Source: Candidatus Uhrbacteria bacterium GW2011_GWC2_41_11 (lineage in GTDB: Bacteria; Patescibacteriota; Patescibacteriia; UBA9934; GWF2-40-263). Taken from it: DNA of 64,000 nt. This document shows positions 32,980-42,076 of this stretch, one piece after another. The stretch is from the NCBI GenBank assembly GCA_000996355.1, contig LCAH01000004.1, positions 14,501 through 78,500 of the forward strand, written 5' to 3'. The first letter of the stretch is position 1, and each line of letters starts with the position of its first letter. The position numbers and the translations under genes were made by a program. The notes below the pieces were generated by a model. That model ran no database searches. It saw only the letters and a list, made by a program, of their open reading frames with translations, and was not told the origin of the DNA.

Positions 32980-35073
32980 ATGCCAATTGAGATTGGACAA
33001 TTAGGAAAAACAACTCCTGCGGCGCCATTGGAACCGCCAAAGGCTCCAAAACCGGCGCAGGAGAAATTAGCCGTTGAACGTATTGCGTTGGAAGAAGAAC
33101 GTATTTATCGTCGTGGAGTTGTGACGGTTCGGGATATTATTTCTCCGGCCTCTTTTGACGTTTCTCCAAATCATCTGATTCTTTCCGGTATATACGTACG
33201 GACATTATTTGTTATTACGTATCCTCGTTACATTGGTCTTGGATGGTCTGCTCCTCTTATCAATTTAAATAAAACATTCGATGTTGCCATGTATTTTTAT
33301 CCGGTGAAGTCGAATGTTATTTTAAAACAGCTTCAAAAACGCGTGGGATATCTTGAGGCTGGAATTATGACCGATGCGGAAAAAGGGAAACCGCGCGATC
33401 CGCTTCGAGAGACAGCGCTTCGTGACATTGAAGAATTGCGCGATGCATTGACCCAAGGCATTGAACATTTTTTTCAATTTGCTTTTTACATCACGATCTA
33501 CGCAAAAAATCAGGAAGAGTTGGAACGATTGACAGGCGATCTCGAAAGCATGTTTGGCAGCAAATTGATTTATACAAAAAAAGGATATTATCAAGCTGAA
33601 CAAGGGTTCAATTCCACCATGCCACTCTGCAATGACGAACTCATGATTACCTACAACATGAACACGTCGCCCATTGCCGCTTCATTCCCTTTTATTTCTT
33701 CGGATCTTACCTCTGATCACGGTATTCTGTATGGAATCAACCGTCATAATAATTCCCTGATTCTTTTTGATCGTTTTAGTTTGCAAAATGCGAATTCCGT
33801 TGTATTTGCCACTTCTGGTGCAGGAAAATCGTATGCCGTGAAACTCGAAATTTTACGAAGTCTCATGATGGGAATTGACGTGATTGTGATTGATCCGGAG
33901 ATGGAATATAAACATCTTTCTGAAGCAGTCGGAGGGACCTATATCAATGTTTCTCTTGCCAGTCAGTCAAAAATCAATCCATTTGATTTGCCGCGTCCAA
34001 AAGGAGAAGAGGTGCGTGTGGAAGATGTCATCCGCAGTGCTATTATTACTCTAAAAGGTCTTCTGCGTATCATGATTGGAAAGCCGCTTGGGGAGGCAGG
34101 AGTAGTTGGATTTACACCAGAAGAAGATTCCATTTTAGATCGAGCGCTTATCGAAGCGTATGCGAAAAAAGATATTACCGCAGATATTGCAACCCTTGTT
34201 GATGTCGAACCTCCAATTCTCAGTGATTTTCAAGATGTTTTGGAAGGAATGGAAGGCGCGGAAGATTTGGTTGCACGTCTTCATAAATATACAGATGGAA
34301 CATTTGCTGGTCTTTTGAATTCTCCCACAACCGTTGAAATGCATAATCAACTTGTGATTTTTTCCGTTCGCGATCTTGAAGATGAATTGCGTCCAATGGC
34401 TATTTATACGATCGTGAACTATATCTGGAATGTGGTGCGCTCTGAACGCAAGAAACGTATTTTGGTGATTGATGAAGCGTGGTGGCTCATGCAGCACGAG
34501 GATTCGGCTAAATTCATTTTTGCGCTTGTGAAACGCTGCCGTAAATATTTTCTTGGGGTCACAACAATCACACAGGATGTGAATGATTTTCTTCGCTCTC
34601 CATACGGTCAGGCTATTGTGACCAACTCATCGATTCAATTATTGTTTAAACAGTCTCCGGCAGGTGTAGATCTTGTTCAAAAAACGTTTAACCTAACAGA
34701 CGGAGAAAAATATTTATTGCTTGAATCTGGGATAGGGGAAGGATTGTTTTTTGCCGGACAGAAGCATGTAGCCATTAAAGTGGTTGCGTCCTATGCAGAA
34801 GATCAAATTGTTACTACGAATCCACAGCAATTATTGGACATTGAAAAAGCACGTAAAGATTTTGAAAAACAGCTTGCCAATCGAGAGGAGCAAGAAGCCC
34901 TTGTCGAGGTTCCGGAGATAGATTTAGAAACACCTTCTGACACAGAACAAGGAGAACAAGAAGCTCTTGCAGTTCAAACGGCAGCAGCGGCAAGTGCGGC
35001 AGCGGAGTTTTTAACAAAAGAGGAACAAGGTCAAGAAGAAGCGGATCGTATTCGTCGAGAGCTGGCTGGATAA
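32980..35073 (+). CDS. virB4: VirB4-like ATPase
   Basis: Walker A ATSGAGKS, IDPEMEY, INPFD, Walker B VIDEAW, RKY. Confidence 0.93.
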   Translation: MPIEIGQLGKTTPAAPLEPPKAPKPAQEKLAVERIALEEERIYRRGVVTVRDIISPASFDVSPNHLILSGIYVRTLFVITYPRYIGLGWSAPLINLNKTFDVAMYFYPVKSNVILKQLQKRVGYLEAGIMTDAEKGKPRDPLRETALRDIEELRDALTQGIEHFFQFAFYITIYAKNQEELERLTGDLESMFGSKLIYTKKGYYQAEQGFNSTMPLCNDELMITYNMNTSPIAASFPFISSDLTSDHGILYGINRHNNSLILFDRFSLQNANSVVFATSGAGKSYAVKLEILRSLMMGIDVIVIDPEMEYKHLSEAVGGTYINVSLASQSKINPFDLPRPKGEEVRVEDVIRSAIITLKGLLRIMIGKPLGEAGVVGFTPEEDSILDRALIEAYAKKDITADIATLVDVEPPILSDFQDVLEGMEGAEDLVARLHKYTDGTFAGLLNSPTTVEMHNQLVIFSVRDLEDELRPMAIYTIVNYIWNVVRSERKKRILVIDEAWWLMQHEDSAKFIFALVKRCRKYFLGVTTITQDVNDFLRSPYGQAIVTNSSIQLLFKQSPAGVDLVQKTFNLTDGEKYLLLESGIGEGLFFAGQKHVAIKVVASYAEDQIVTTNPQQLLDIEKARKDFEKQLANREEQEALVEVPEIDLETPSDTEQGEQEALAVQTAAAASAAAEFLTKEEQGQEEADRIRRELAG

Positions 35074-35100
35074 CAAGAGAAGTTTTAAACAGATATTTTT

Positions 35101-35679
35101 ATGACACGAAAGAAAAAAATTGTGATTGCACTGGGAGTCATTTTTCTTTTATTACTTCTTTTTTTTCTTTTTTGGTTTTTGTCTAGACAAAAAAAATCCG
35201 CAGCTTCTGTCGTGACTCCTCCTGTTGTTCAAGAACAGATTCCGGTAGCTAAACCTCGAAATACGGAAGAAAAAGCTCTGCCACTTTATCTCAATACAGA
35301 ACAGACTTCTTCAGAAATTTCTTTGCAAAATCTCGCACAGACATTTACGGAACGGTATGGAAGCTATTCCAATGAAAGTGATTTTGCTAACTTATATGAT
35401 GTTCTTGATTTAATGAGTGCAACATTCCGTGCGGAAACGGAACAAACGATTGCAACCGCTCAAGTTCCTGATCATTATTATGGAATTACCACTCATGTTC
35501 TTTCTGTAAAAATGGATTTGATGGATGAAACAGGAGGAACAGCAAAAGCAACTGTGAATACTCAGCGAGAAGAGGCAACGAAAAGTATCCAAAATGTTCA
35601 AGTGCGTTATCAATATCTTTCACTTTTGTTTGTGAAAGAACAGGGTATATGGAAGGTCGACGGAGCTGCTTGGGAATAG
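35101..35679 (+). CDS. Bitopic protein with NTF2-like (VirB8/TcpC-like) domain
   Basis: N-terminal TM; F.ERYGSYS; C-terminal WKVD; follows virB4. Confidence 0.6.
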   Translation: MTRKKKIVIALGVIFLLLLLFFLFWFLSRQKKSAASVVTPPVVQEQIPVAKPRNTEEKALPLYLNTEQTSSEISLQNLAQTFTERYGSYSNESDFANLYDVLDLMSATFRAETEQTIATAQVPDHYYGITTHVLSVKMDLMDETGGTAKATVNTQREEATKSIQNVQVRYQYLSLLFVKEQGIWKVDGAAWE

Positions 35680-36368
35680 TGTGTGACACGATTGCAGATT
35701 GGTTGTTTCCTTGTTTTTGTCTTCAATGCAAGCAAGAAGGAAATACCATGTGTGAGATATGCAAAGAATCGTATACACCAAAACGGACAGGAGATACTTG
35801 TCCGTTTTGTCGTAAAAAATCTTTGGGTTCATTAACATGTGAATCTTGTCGTACTTTGGTTGCTTTGGATAGATGTTTGTCTCTTGGATGGTACCACGAT
35901 TCAGTTCTTCGAGAAGCGATTCGAGCCGCAAAATATACAGATGATCCAGCTCCATGGAAGCTGTTTCCGGAATGGATGCGAAAAATGTCTATAGAAAATA
36001 TTTTTTTCGGAGATACATGGGTTGTTTCTTTTGTTCCGCTTCATGTATCACGTCGGCGAGAGCGAGGCTTTGATCAAGCGGAACGAATTGCTCATTTGGT
36101 TGGAGAGGCAACGAAATTTCCTGTTGTCGATTTATTGGAACGTGCGGAATGGACAGACCCACAAGCACAGCGAGATGCAAGAGAACGTCAAGTTGGAGAT
36201 ATGGATGGTATCTTTCAGGTCATAAAACATCCAATTCCATCTCGGGTTATTTTATGCGACGATGTTTTGACAAGCGGGGCAACCATGGATGCAGCCGCTC
36301 AGATTCTGAAACAAGCCGGGGCAGAACAAGTTTGTGGGTTTGTTCTTGCCCGTCGCGGAGGGGAATAA
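35649..36368 (+). CDS. comF: ComF family (Zn ribbon plus PRTase)
   Basis: CxxC x4, VPLH..R.RERGFDQA, LCDDVLTSGATM. Confidence 0.93.
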   Translation: MEGRRSCLGIVCDTIADWLFPCFCLQCKQEGNTMCEICKESYTPKRTGDTCPFCRKKSLGSLTCESCRTLVALDRCLSLGWYHDSVLREAIRAAKYTDDPAPWKLFPEWMRKMSIENIFFGDTWVVSFVPLHVSRRRERGFDQAERIAHLVGEATKFPVVDLLERAEWTDPQAQRDARERQVGDMDGIFQVIKHPIPSRVILCDDVLTSGATMDAAAQILKQAGAEQVCGFVLARRGGE

Positions 36369-36378
36369 CCTTTGAGGC

Positions 36379-36407
36379 TTGCTTCCTTTGCTTGTTTCCG
36401 ATATGCT
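36379..36407 (+). promoter_or_regulatory. Promoter of the tRNA-Ser locus
   Basis: TTGCTT-N17-TATGCT then GC-rich discriminator. Confidence 0.6.
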
Positions 36408-36417
36408 TTTTGCGCGC

Positions 36418-36483
36418 GGAGAGGTACCCAAGAGGCTGCGGGTCCGCCGGAGAGAAACGGAGGCGGAAAGGGGCGAGTTTACT
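36418..36483 (+). pseudogene. Degenerate 5' half of tRNA-Ser with a 29-nt hairpin insert
   Basis: 36418-36438 identical to 36764-36784; 36468-36483 matches 36785-36800 at 14/16. Confidence 0.85.
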
Positions 36484-36498
36484 TACAGAAAGAATCGT

Positions 36499-36810
36499 AT
36501 GTCTTTGATATATCTTCTGTTTAGTCCAAAAATAAATCGATTTTATATTGGTTCTTCTAGAGAAAATACTGTTGAATCCCGTTTGAAACGTCATAATGAA
36601 GGAAGAGTAAAATCGACAAAGTTTGGAAGTCCTTGGAAAGTTGTCTGCGTTGAACATTTTGAAACGTATACTCAAGCTCGAAAAAGAGAATTGTATTTGA
36701 AAAGTGGTGTTGGAAGAGGAAAAATAGCAAAAGTATTCGGTTATTTGAAAGGTGAAAATATATGGAGAGGTACCCAAGAGGCTGAAGGGGCGGGTTTGCT
36801 AAACCTGTAG
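36499..36810 (+). CDS. Stand-alone GIY-YIG nuclease; 3' end overlaps the tRNA
   Basis: IYLL..FYIG, RL.RHN.G..KSTK..PW, A.KRE.YLKSG.GR. Confidence 0.92.
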   Translation: MSLIYLLFSPKINRFYIGSSRENTVESRLKRHNEGRVKSTKFGSPWKVVCVEHFETYTQARKRELYLKSGVGRGKIAKVFGYLKGENIWRGTQEAEGAGLLNL

Positions 36811-36857
36811 GTCGGGGTTTTCCCGGCGCGAGGGTTCGAATCCCTCTCTCTCCGCCA
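36764..36857 (+). tRNA. tRNA-Ser(GCT), long variable arm, CCA encoded
   Basis: Acceptor GGAGAGG/TCTCTCC, anticodon stem CGGGT/ACCTG with loop TT-GCT-AA, GGTTCGAATCC. Confidence 0.97.
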
Positions 36858-36868
36858 GGACAATTTTT

Positions 36869-37339
36869 ATGCCTTCAATTGAAACTGGAAAATTAATTTC
36901 GAGCGCCATTATTATTCGTGATGATCGTGCCCTTGTATTTGAAGAAAAAAACGATGTTGGAGAATTAAAATATAATTTGCCGGGTGGTCACATTGAACCG
37001 GGTGAGACTCCTATTGATGCACTGCTTCGCGAAGTACTGGAAGAAACTGGAATGGTATGCGAACCGATGTCATTTTTGCAACTAGTTGTAAACACCTGGG
37101 ATCGAAATCATTCGGTGCTTATGTATTTTTCTGTTCGTGTGGCAGCTGATGCTGTCGTGGTGCTAGAGGAGGGAATAACTGCACAATGGATGACTAATGA
37201 AGACATTGCTGAGCTTCCGGATGATCGGTGTGTGTTTGGTATTAAATCCGCTTTGGCTATGGTTTTAAGAAATGAGGTGCTGCCCTCAACAGCACTTTTG
37301 TTACGCAAGGGTGGTAAACAATTTGAGTGGCAGAAATAA
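36869..37339 (+). CDS. NUDIX hydrolase
   Basis: PGGHIEPGETPIDALLREVLEETG. Confidence 0.92.
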   Translation: MPSIETGKLISSAIIIRDDRALVFEEKNDVGELKYNLPGGHIEPGETPIDALLREVLEETGMVCEPMSFLQLVVNTWDRNHSVLMYFSVRVAADAVVVLEEGITAQWMTNEDIAELPDDRCVFGIKSALAMVLRNEVLPSTALLLRKGGKQFEWQK

Positions 37340-37392
37340 TTATTCTTGGTGGCGCGTGCTGACCATTTTTTACTGAAACTTCGCGACCCACA

Positions 37393-37477
37393 TGCCTCAA
37401 AAATGCCCAAACCAATATCGTTGAAAACCTCTTGAAAGAGCCCTATAATCTTGGTACTTAACCCGCGTACACCGCCA
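37393..37477. repeat. 85-bp degenerate repeat, copy 1 (ends CCGCCA; contains TTGAAA-N17-TATAAT)
   Basis: Ungapped alignment with 38132-38216. Confidence 0.75.
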
Positions 37478-37546
37478 GGATTACGTCGTATCGGAAGACC
37501 CAAGTGCCTCAGGGCGAGCGGGGCGACCGATGTGGCTTGATCCAAG

Positions 37547-37576
37547 ACAAAACAACCCTTCGCTGGGTTGTTTTGT
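37547..37576. terminator. Intrinsic terminator
   Basis: ACAAAACAACCC-ttcgct-GGGTTGTTTTGT. Confidence 0.8.
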
Positions 37577-37596
37577 TATGCTAAAGTTATGAACGT

Positions 37597-38112
37597 ATGA
37601 AAGTCATTCTCTACATTGCCATCACTGCGAACGGAATGATTGCCGGAACGGACGACGAGACAAGCTGGCTCACCAAAGAAGAGGCGGATAGCTACTGCAC
37701 AATTGTGCGTGAGGCCGGGTGTCTCATTGTAGGCAGAAGAACATATTACATCCTTACCAAACAGCCGGAGTTTCAAGAATTCAAAAATGCCAAGTTGGTT
37801 GTCGTGTCACATAATGACGTTGAACTGATCGACTCACGACATATCGTTGCTCGCACGCCGCAAGAAGCCATTGAAGTTTTGTCCGACTTTCCGGAAGTGA
37901 TTGTTGCGGGTGGTGGAATTCTTAATGCGTCATTTCTCGCCGACAATCTTATAGATGAAATGTATATCGACATTGAACCAGTGGTCATCGGCAAGGGCAT
38001 TCCTCTTTTTAAAGGTCAAGATTTTGAACGCAATCTGAAGCTACTTGGACAGAGGACGTTGTCTGAAAATGAAATTCAACTTCACTATAAAGTTGTGAAA
38101 GAAGGTAAGTAA
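37597..38112 (+). CDS. Dihydrofolate reductase/RibD C-terminal family protein
   Basis: IAITANGMIA, VGRRTY, VAGGG, LIDE..I.I.PVVIGKGIPLF. Confidence 0.9.
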   Translation: MKVILYIAITANGMIAGTDDETSWLTKEEADSYCTIVREAGCLIVGRRTYYILTKQPEFQEFKNAKLVVVSHNDVELIDSRHIVARTPQEAIEVLSDFPEVIVAGGGILNASFLADNLIDEMYIDIEPVVIGKGIPLFKGQDFERNLKLLGQRTLSENEIQLHYKVVKEGK

Positions 38113-38131
38113 GTAGCCCGCCCGACTTACT

Positions 38132-38216
38132 TGCCTCAAATTCGCTAATGGACAAACCTTTCAAAACCCCTTCAAAACTTCGCCTAAATTTGGTACTGAA
38201 CTCGAGTGGCCCGCCA
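38132..38216. repeat. 85-bp degenerate repeat, copy 2 (ends CCGCCA)
   Basis: TGCCTCAAA, AAAACC.CTT.AAA, TTGGTACT.AAC.CG.GT and CCGCCA at the same offsets as copy 1. Confidence 0.75.
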
Positions 38217-38261
38217 TATTACCAACTTTGAACCGAAGCAAAATAAGGGTTTTTGGACAAT

Positions 38262-38294
38262 AAAAAGCCGATTTCTTAGAGAAGTCGGTTTTTT
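38262..38294. terminator. Intrinsic terminator
   Basis: AAAAAGCCGATTTC-ttaga-GAAGTCGGTTTTTT. Confidence 0.75.
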
Positions 38295-38350
38295 GTATTT
38301 TTTTGAATAAGGTACATAATATAATCAATCTATTTTAGTAAAGATAAATT

Positions 38351-38548
38351 ATGTCTACCATCAGTAAAAACATTCGCAAATTAAGAGAACAAAGAGGCAT
38401 CTCGCAAGATAGACTTTCTAAATTGGCAGATATTTCTTTGAATACTATTGCCAAGTTAGAACTCAACGAAAATCAAAATCCCACCATTGAAACTTTGCAA
38501 AAAATCGCAAAGGCTTTAGATGTTAAAGTTGAGGATTTAATAAAATAA
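38351..38548 (+). CDS. XRE-family HTH regulator (controller-like) of the RM operon
   Basis: IRKLRE.RGISQ..LS..A.IS, NPTIETL.KIAKALDV. Confidence 0.9.
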   Translation: MSTISKNIRKLREQRGISQDRLSKLADISLNTIAKLELNENQNPTIETLQKIAKALDVKVEDLIK

Positions 38549-38552
38549 AAAT

Positions 38553-39937
38553 ATGTTTGAACAAGCATTAAAAAATATTGATGATATCTTGCGGGCGGAT
38601 AATGCTGGGAGTGCCCTTGATTATATTGAGCAGACTTCGTGGATTTTGTTTTTGAAATATCTGGATGATTTGGAAAAAGACAAAGAAAAAAGCGCGCGCT
38701 TGGCTGGGAAAAAATACAAATATATTCTATCGCCTGAATTCCGCTGGCAAGTATGGGCATGTCCCAAGACTGCTGACGGAAAAATTGATCATCATAAAGC
38801 GATGGATGGTGACGATTTGAAAGATTTTGTTAATAACAAGCTTTTTCCGTATTTGAAAAAATTTAGAGTTGAAGATTCCAACACTATTGAAAATAAAATT
38901 GGAGAAATTTTTCATGAGCTCAAAAATAAGATTCAGAGTGGGTATTCCTTGCGAAATATTTTGGACATCGTGGATAAACTTCATTTTCAAACTAACGAAG
39001 AAAAACACGAGCTTTCCCATCTCTATGAAAGCAAAATACAAAACATGGGCAATGCTGGTCGTGATGGTGGGCAATATTATACCCCTCGTCCGCTGATTAA
39101 AACGATTGTCAAAGTTGTTGATCCAAATCTTGGCGAAACTATTTATGACGGAGCTTGTGGAAGTGCTGGATTTTTGGTGGAGGCCTTTAATTATTTGACA
39201 GAGCAGCGCGAAAAATTAAGTTCCAAAGAATGGGATGTTTTGCAAACAAAAACTTTCTTTGGCAAAGAAAAAATCACTTTGCCATATATTATCGGTGTGA
39301 TGAATATGATTTTGCATGGCATAGAAACGCCGAATATAAAACATAAAAATACTTTGTCGGAAAACTTGGCGGATATTCAAGAAAAAGACCGTTATGATCT
39401 CGTCATCGCCAATCCGCCTTTCTGTTTTTGCAACATTTCATCAAAATTCTCAAAGCTGGTGGGCGAGCGGGTATTGTTATTAAAAATACTTTTCTTTCCA
39501 ACACCGACAACGCTTCAGTCAGTTTGCGAAAATTGCTTTTGGAAAATTGCAATCTGCACACGGTTTTGGATTTGCCCGGAGGCGCCTTTCAAGGCGCGGG
39601 AGTAAAAACTGTTGTTTTATTTTTTGAAAAAGGCGCGCCAACGAAAAAGGTTTGGTTTTATCAACTTAATCTCACGCGTAATCTCGGCAAGGGTAATCCT
39701 TTAAACGAAAACGATTTGGTGGAATTTGTGGAGTTACAAAAAACTAAGGCGGACAGCACAAATTCATGGTCAATAGATGTGAAAAATGTTGATCAAAATA
39801 CTTTTGATTTATCGGTAAAAAATCCGAATAAAAATGACGAGGTGGTTTTAAGAGAGTCAAAAGAGATTTTGGAGGAGATGAGGAAGTTGGATGGGGAGAA
39901 CGGGGAGATTTTGGATAACATTAAAAAATTATTATGA
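38553..39937 (+). pseudogene. hsdM: Type I RM methyltransferase HsdM, frameshifted immediately after NPPF
   Basis: GQYYTPR, DGACGSAGFL, ANPPF in ORF 38553; the continuation FLQHFIKILK..GRAGIV lies in another frame (ORF 39428..39937). Confidence 0.9.
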
Positions 39938-40968
39938 AAGCAACACTAAAGCATTCAAAGAATGATATAGATAAAGCTGGAAATGTTCTGGCTGGAATAC
40001 CAGATTTAAAAATCAATCAAGATCAGGCAATTGAAATACTTGAAAACTTTAGATCAGTACACAACCATCCACTTATTGTTTTCAGGATGTCATTAAATAG
40101 GAAGGCAAAAAACATTTCAGGAGATCTTCTAATATCACAAAGATTAAAAAGAGCCCCTTCTATTGTGAATAAATTGAAAATTCAAAAGAACATGTCTTTG
40201 TCTCAGATGCAAGATGTGGGTGGTCTCAGAGCCGTTGTCTCGGACTTACAACAACTATATAAATTACGAGACTCTATAAGAAAGGGAGAAAATCAAATAG
40301 CTTTTAAATCCACCTTTTTGAAAGAAACAGACTATGTAAAGTTTCCAAAAGAAAGTGGCTATCGGAGTATACATTTGATATACAAGTATGATAAAAAAGT
40401 TCCTCTAAATGCACAGTGTCGCATTGAAGTTCAATTAAGAACAAAAATTCACCATGCGTGGGCTACTGCCGTTGAAGTAATCGGCACTTACCTTAGACAA
40501 CCACTTAAACAAAGTTTTGGTGACGCTGAATTACTTGAGTTATTTAAAGAGATTAGCAAAGTTTTTATTTTAATTGAGAATAATGAATTCAATGAAGATT
40601 TATTTAAAACAACTTCAGCGAGAATAAATGTATTAAAATTAAGAGACAAATTACGAGGTTTTTCTATTGTAACGCAAATCTCAGCACAAGAAAGTAAACA
40701 GGAGAAAGGTAAATATTATCTAATTTCCTTAAATTTTAAAGATAAAACCCTTAGTGTGCGAAGATATTCAGAGTCAAAGCTTGATCAAGCAAACAATGAA
40801 TATTCTGAATTAGAAAAGAAATATCTTAATAACAAAAATATAGAGATTGTGTTGGTTTCGGTTGATGACATGGATAATCTTAAAAAACTTTATCCTAACT
40901 ACTTTCTTGATACACAGGAATTTGTCAAGCTATTGGATATAATTGATAATAAAATAAATGAAAACTAA
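39934..40968 (+). CDS. RelA/SpoT-type synthetase, CapRel-like fused toxin-antitoxin
   Basis: RLKR..SI..KL, MQDVGGLR, SGYRSIH, EVQLRT..HHAWA; C-terminal YPNYF. Confidence 0.85.
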   Translation: MKATLKHSKNDIDKAGNVLAGIPDLKINQDQAIEILENFRSVHNHPLIVFRMSLNRKAKNISGDLLISQRLKRAPSIVNKLKIQKNMSLSQMQDVGGLRAVVSDLQQLYKLRDSIRKGENQIAFKSTFLKETDYVKFPKESGYRSIHLIYKYDKKVPLNAQCRIEVQLRTKIHHAWATAVEVIGTYLRQPLKQSFGDAELLELFKEISKVFILIENNEFNEDLFKTTSARINVLKLRDKLRGFSIVTQISAQESKQEKGKYYLISLNFKDKTLSVRRYSESKLDQANNEYSELEKKYLNNKNIEIVLVSVDDMDNLKKLYPNYFLDTQEFVKLLDIIDNKINEN

Positions 40969-42076
40969 CTGGCAAACAAAAAATTTTGAGGATTGTTTAG
41001 ATAAAGTTGTCTATACAAGCAAAATCCAAAGAAAAGATTTTTTGAAATCTGGACTTTTTCCTATTATTTCTCAAGAGTCAGAAGATATAAACGGATATTG
41101 GGATGACAAAAAAGATTTATTCAAATGCAAAAAGCCAGTTGTGATTTTTGGTGATCACACTCAAGTTTTAAAGTATGTGGACTTTGACTTTGTTTTAGGT
41201 GCTGATGGCGTAAAAATATTACAACCAAAAGAAATTTTAGATTCAAGGTTTTTTTACTTCTTTTTACAAAGTGTTGATTTAAAAAGTTTAGGATATGCCA
41301 GACACTATCGTTTATTAAAAGAAATAGATGTTTCGTTTCCGTCTCTCCCCGAACAACACCGCATTGTGAAGATTTTGGATGAGGTTTTTGAGGATACAGC
41401 GAAAGCGAAAGAAAATGCGGAAAAAAATCTCCAAAATGCCAAAGAACTTTTTGAATCATATTTGCAGAGTGTTTTTGCGAATCCGGGCAAGGATTGGGAG
41501 AAAAAAAGATTGGGCGATGTTTACGATGTCCGTGACGGAACGCATGATTCGCCTAAATATCAGAAAGTAGGATATGCTTTGATTACTTCAAAAAATCTCA
41601 AAAGAGATGAATTAGATTATCAAAAAATCAAGTACATCTCAGAAAAGGATTACGATAAAATTAATGAACGAAGCAAAGTGCACAAAGGAGACATCTTGTT
41701 TGCAATGATTGGAACAATCGGCAGTCCTGTTGTGATTAAGACAGAACCAGACTTTGCTATAAAAAATGTTGCTCTATTTAAAATACCAAAAGAACAAAAC
41801 AGCTATTTTCTTAAGTACTTTTTAGATTCAAAATTTGTTATTGATAAAATAATGAGTGAAGCCAAGGGAACAACTCAAAAATTTGTTGGTTTAGGATATT
41901 TAAGAGATTTTAAAATTCAATTACCAAAATTAGACGAACAAAAATCCATCGTCGCCAAACTTGATGCTCTTTCTGCCGAAACCAAAAAGCTAGAAGCGAT
42001 TTATAAGCAAAAGCTGGCGGATTTGGATGAACTGAAAAAATCAGTCTTGAAACGTGCCTTTAATGGGGAATTATAA
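40958..42076 (+). CDS. hsdS: Type I RM specificity subunit
   Basis: Two TRDs; P.L.EQ..IV..LD repeats; KKSVL..AF.GEL. Confidence 0.95.
   Translation: MKTNWQTKNFEDCLDKVVYTSKIQRKDFLKSGLFPIISQESEDINGYWDDKKDLFKCKKPVVIFGDHTQVLKYVDFDFVLGADGVKILQPKEILDSRFFYFFLQSVDLKSLGYARHYRLLKEIDVSFPSLPEQHRIVKILDEVFEDTAKAKENAEKNLQNAKELFESYLQSVFANPGKDWEKKRLGDVYDVRDGTHDSPKYQKVGYALITSKNLKRDELDYQKIKYISEKDYDKINERSKVHKGDILFAMIGTIGSPVVIKTEPDFAIKNVALFKIPKEQNSYFLKYFLDSKFVIDKIMSEAKGTTQKFVGLGYLRDFKIQLPKLDEQKSIVAKLDALSAETKKLEAIYKQKLADLDELKKSVLKRAFNGEL

Noticed and set aside
36484-36800. Group I intron in the tRNA anticodon loop
   Set aside because: Almost all of the interval is ORF with no room for a catalytic core, and the downstream tRNA is already complete.
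37478-37543. HDV-like (theta) ribozyme after CCA, suggested by the G start and GGCGA
   Set aside because: Pairing is a nested hairpin; the P1 partner lies 3' of the would-be P2, so the double-pseudoknot topology is absent.
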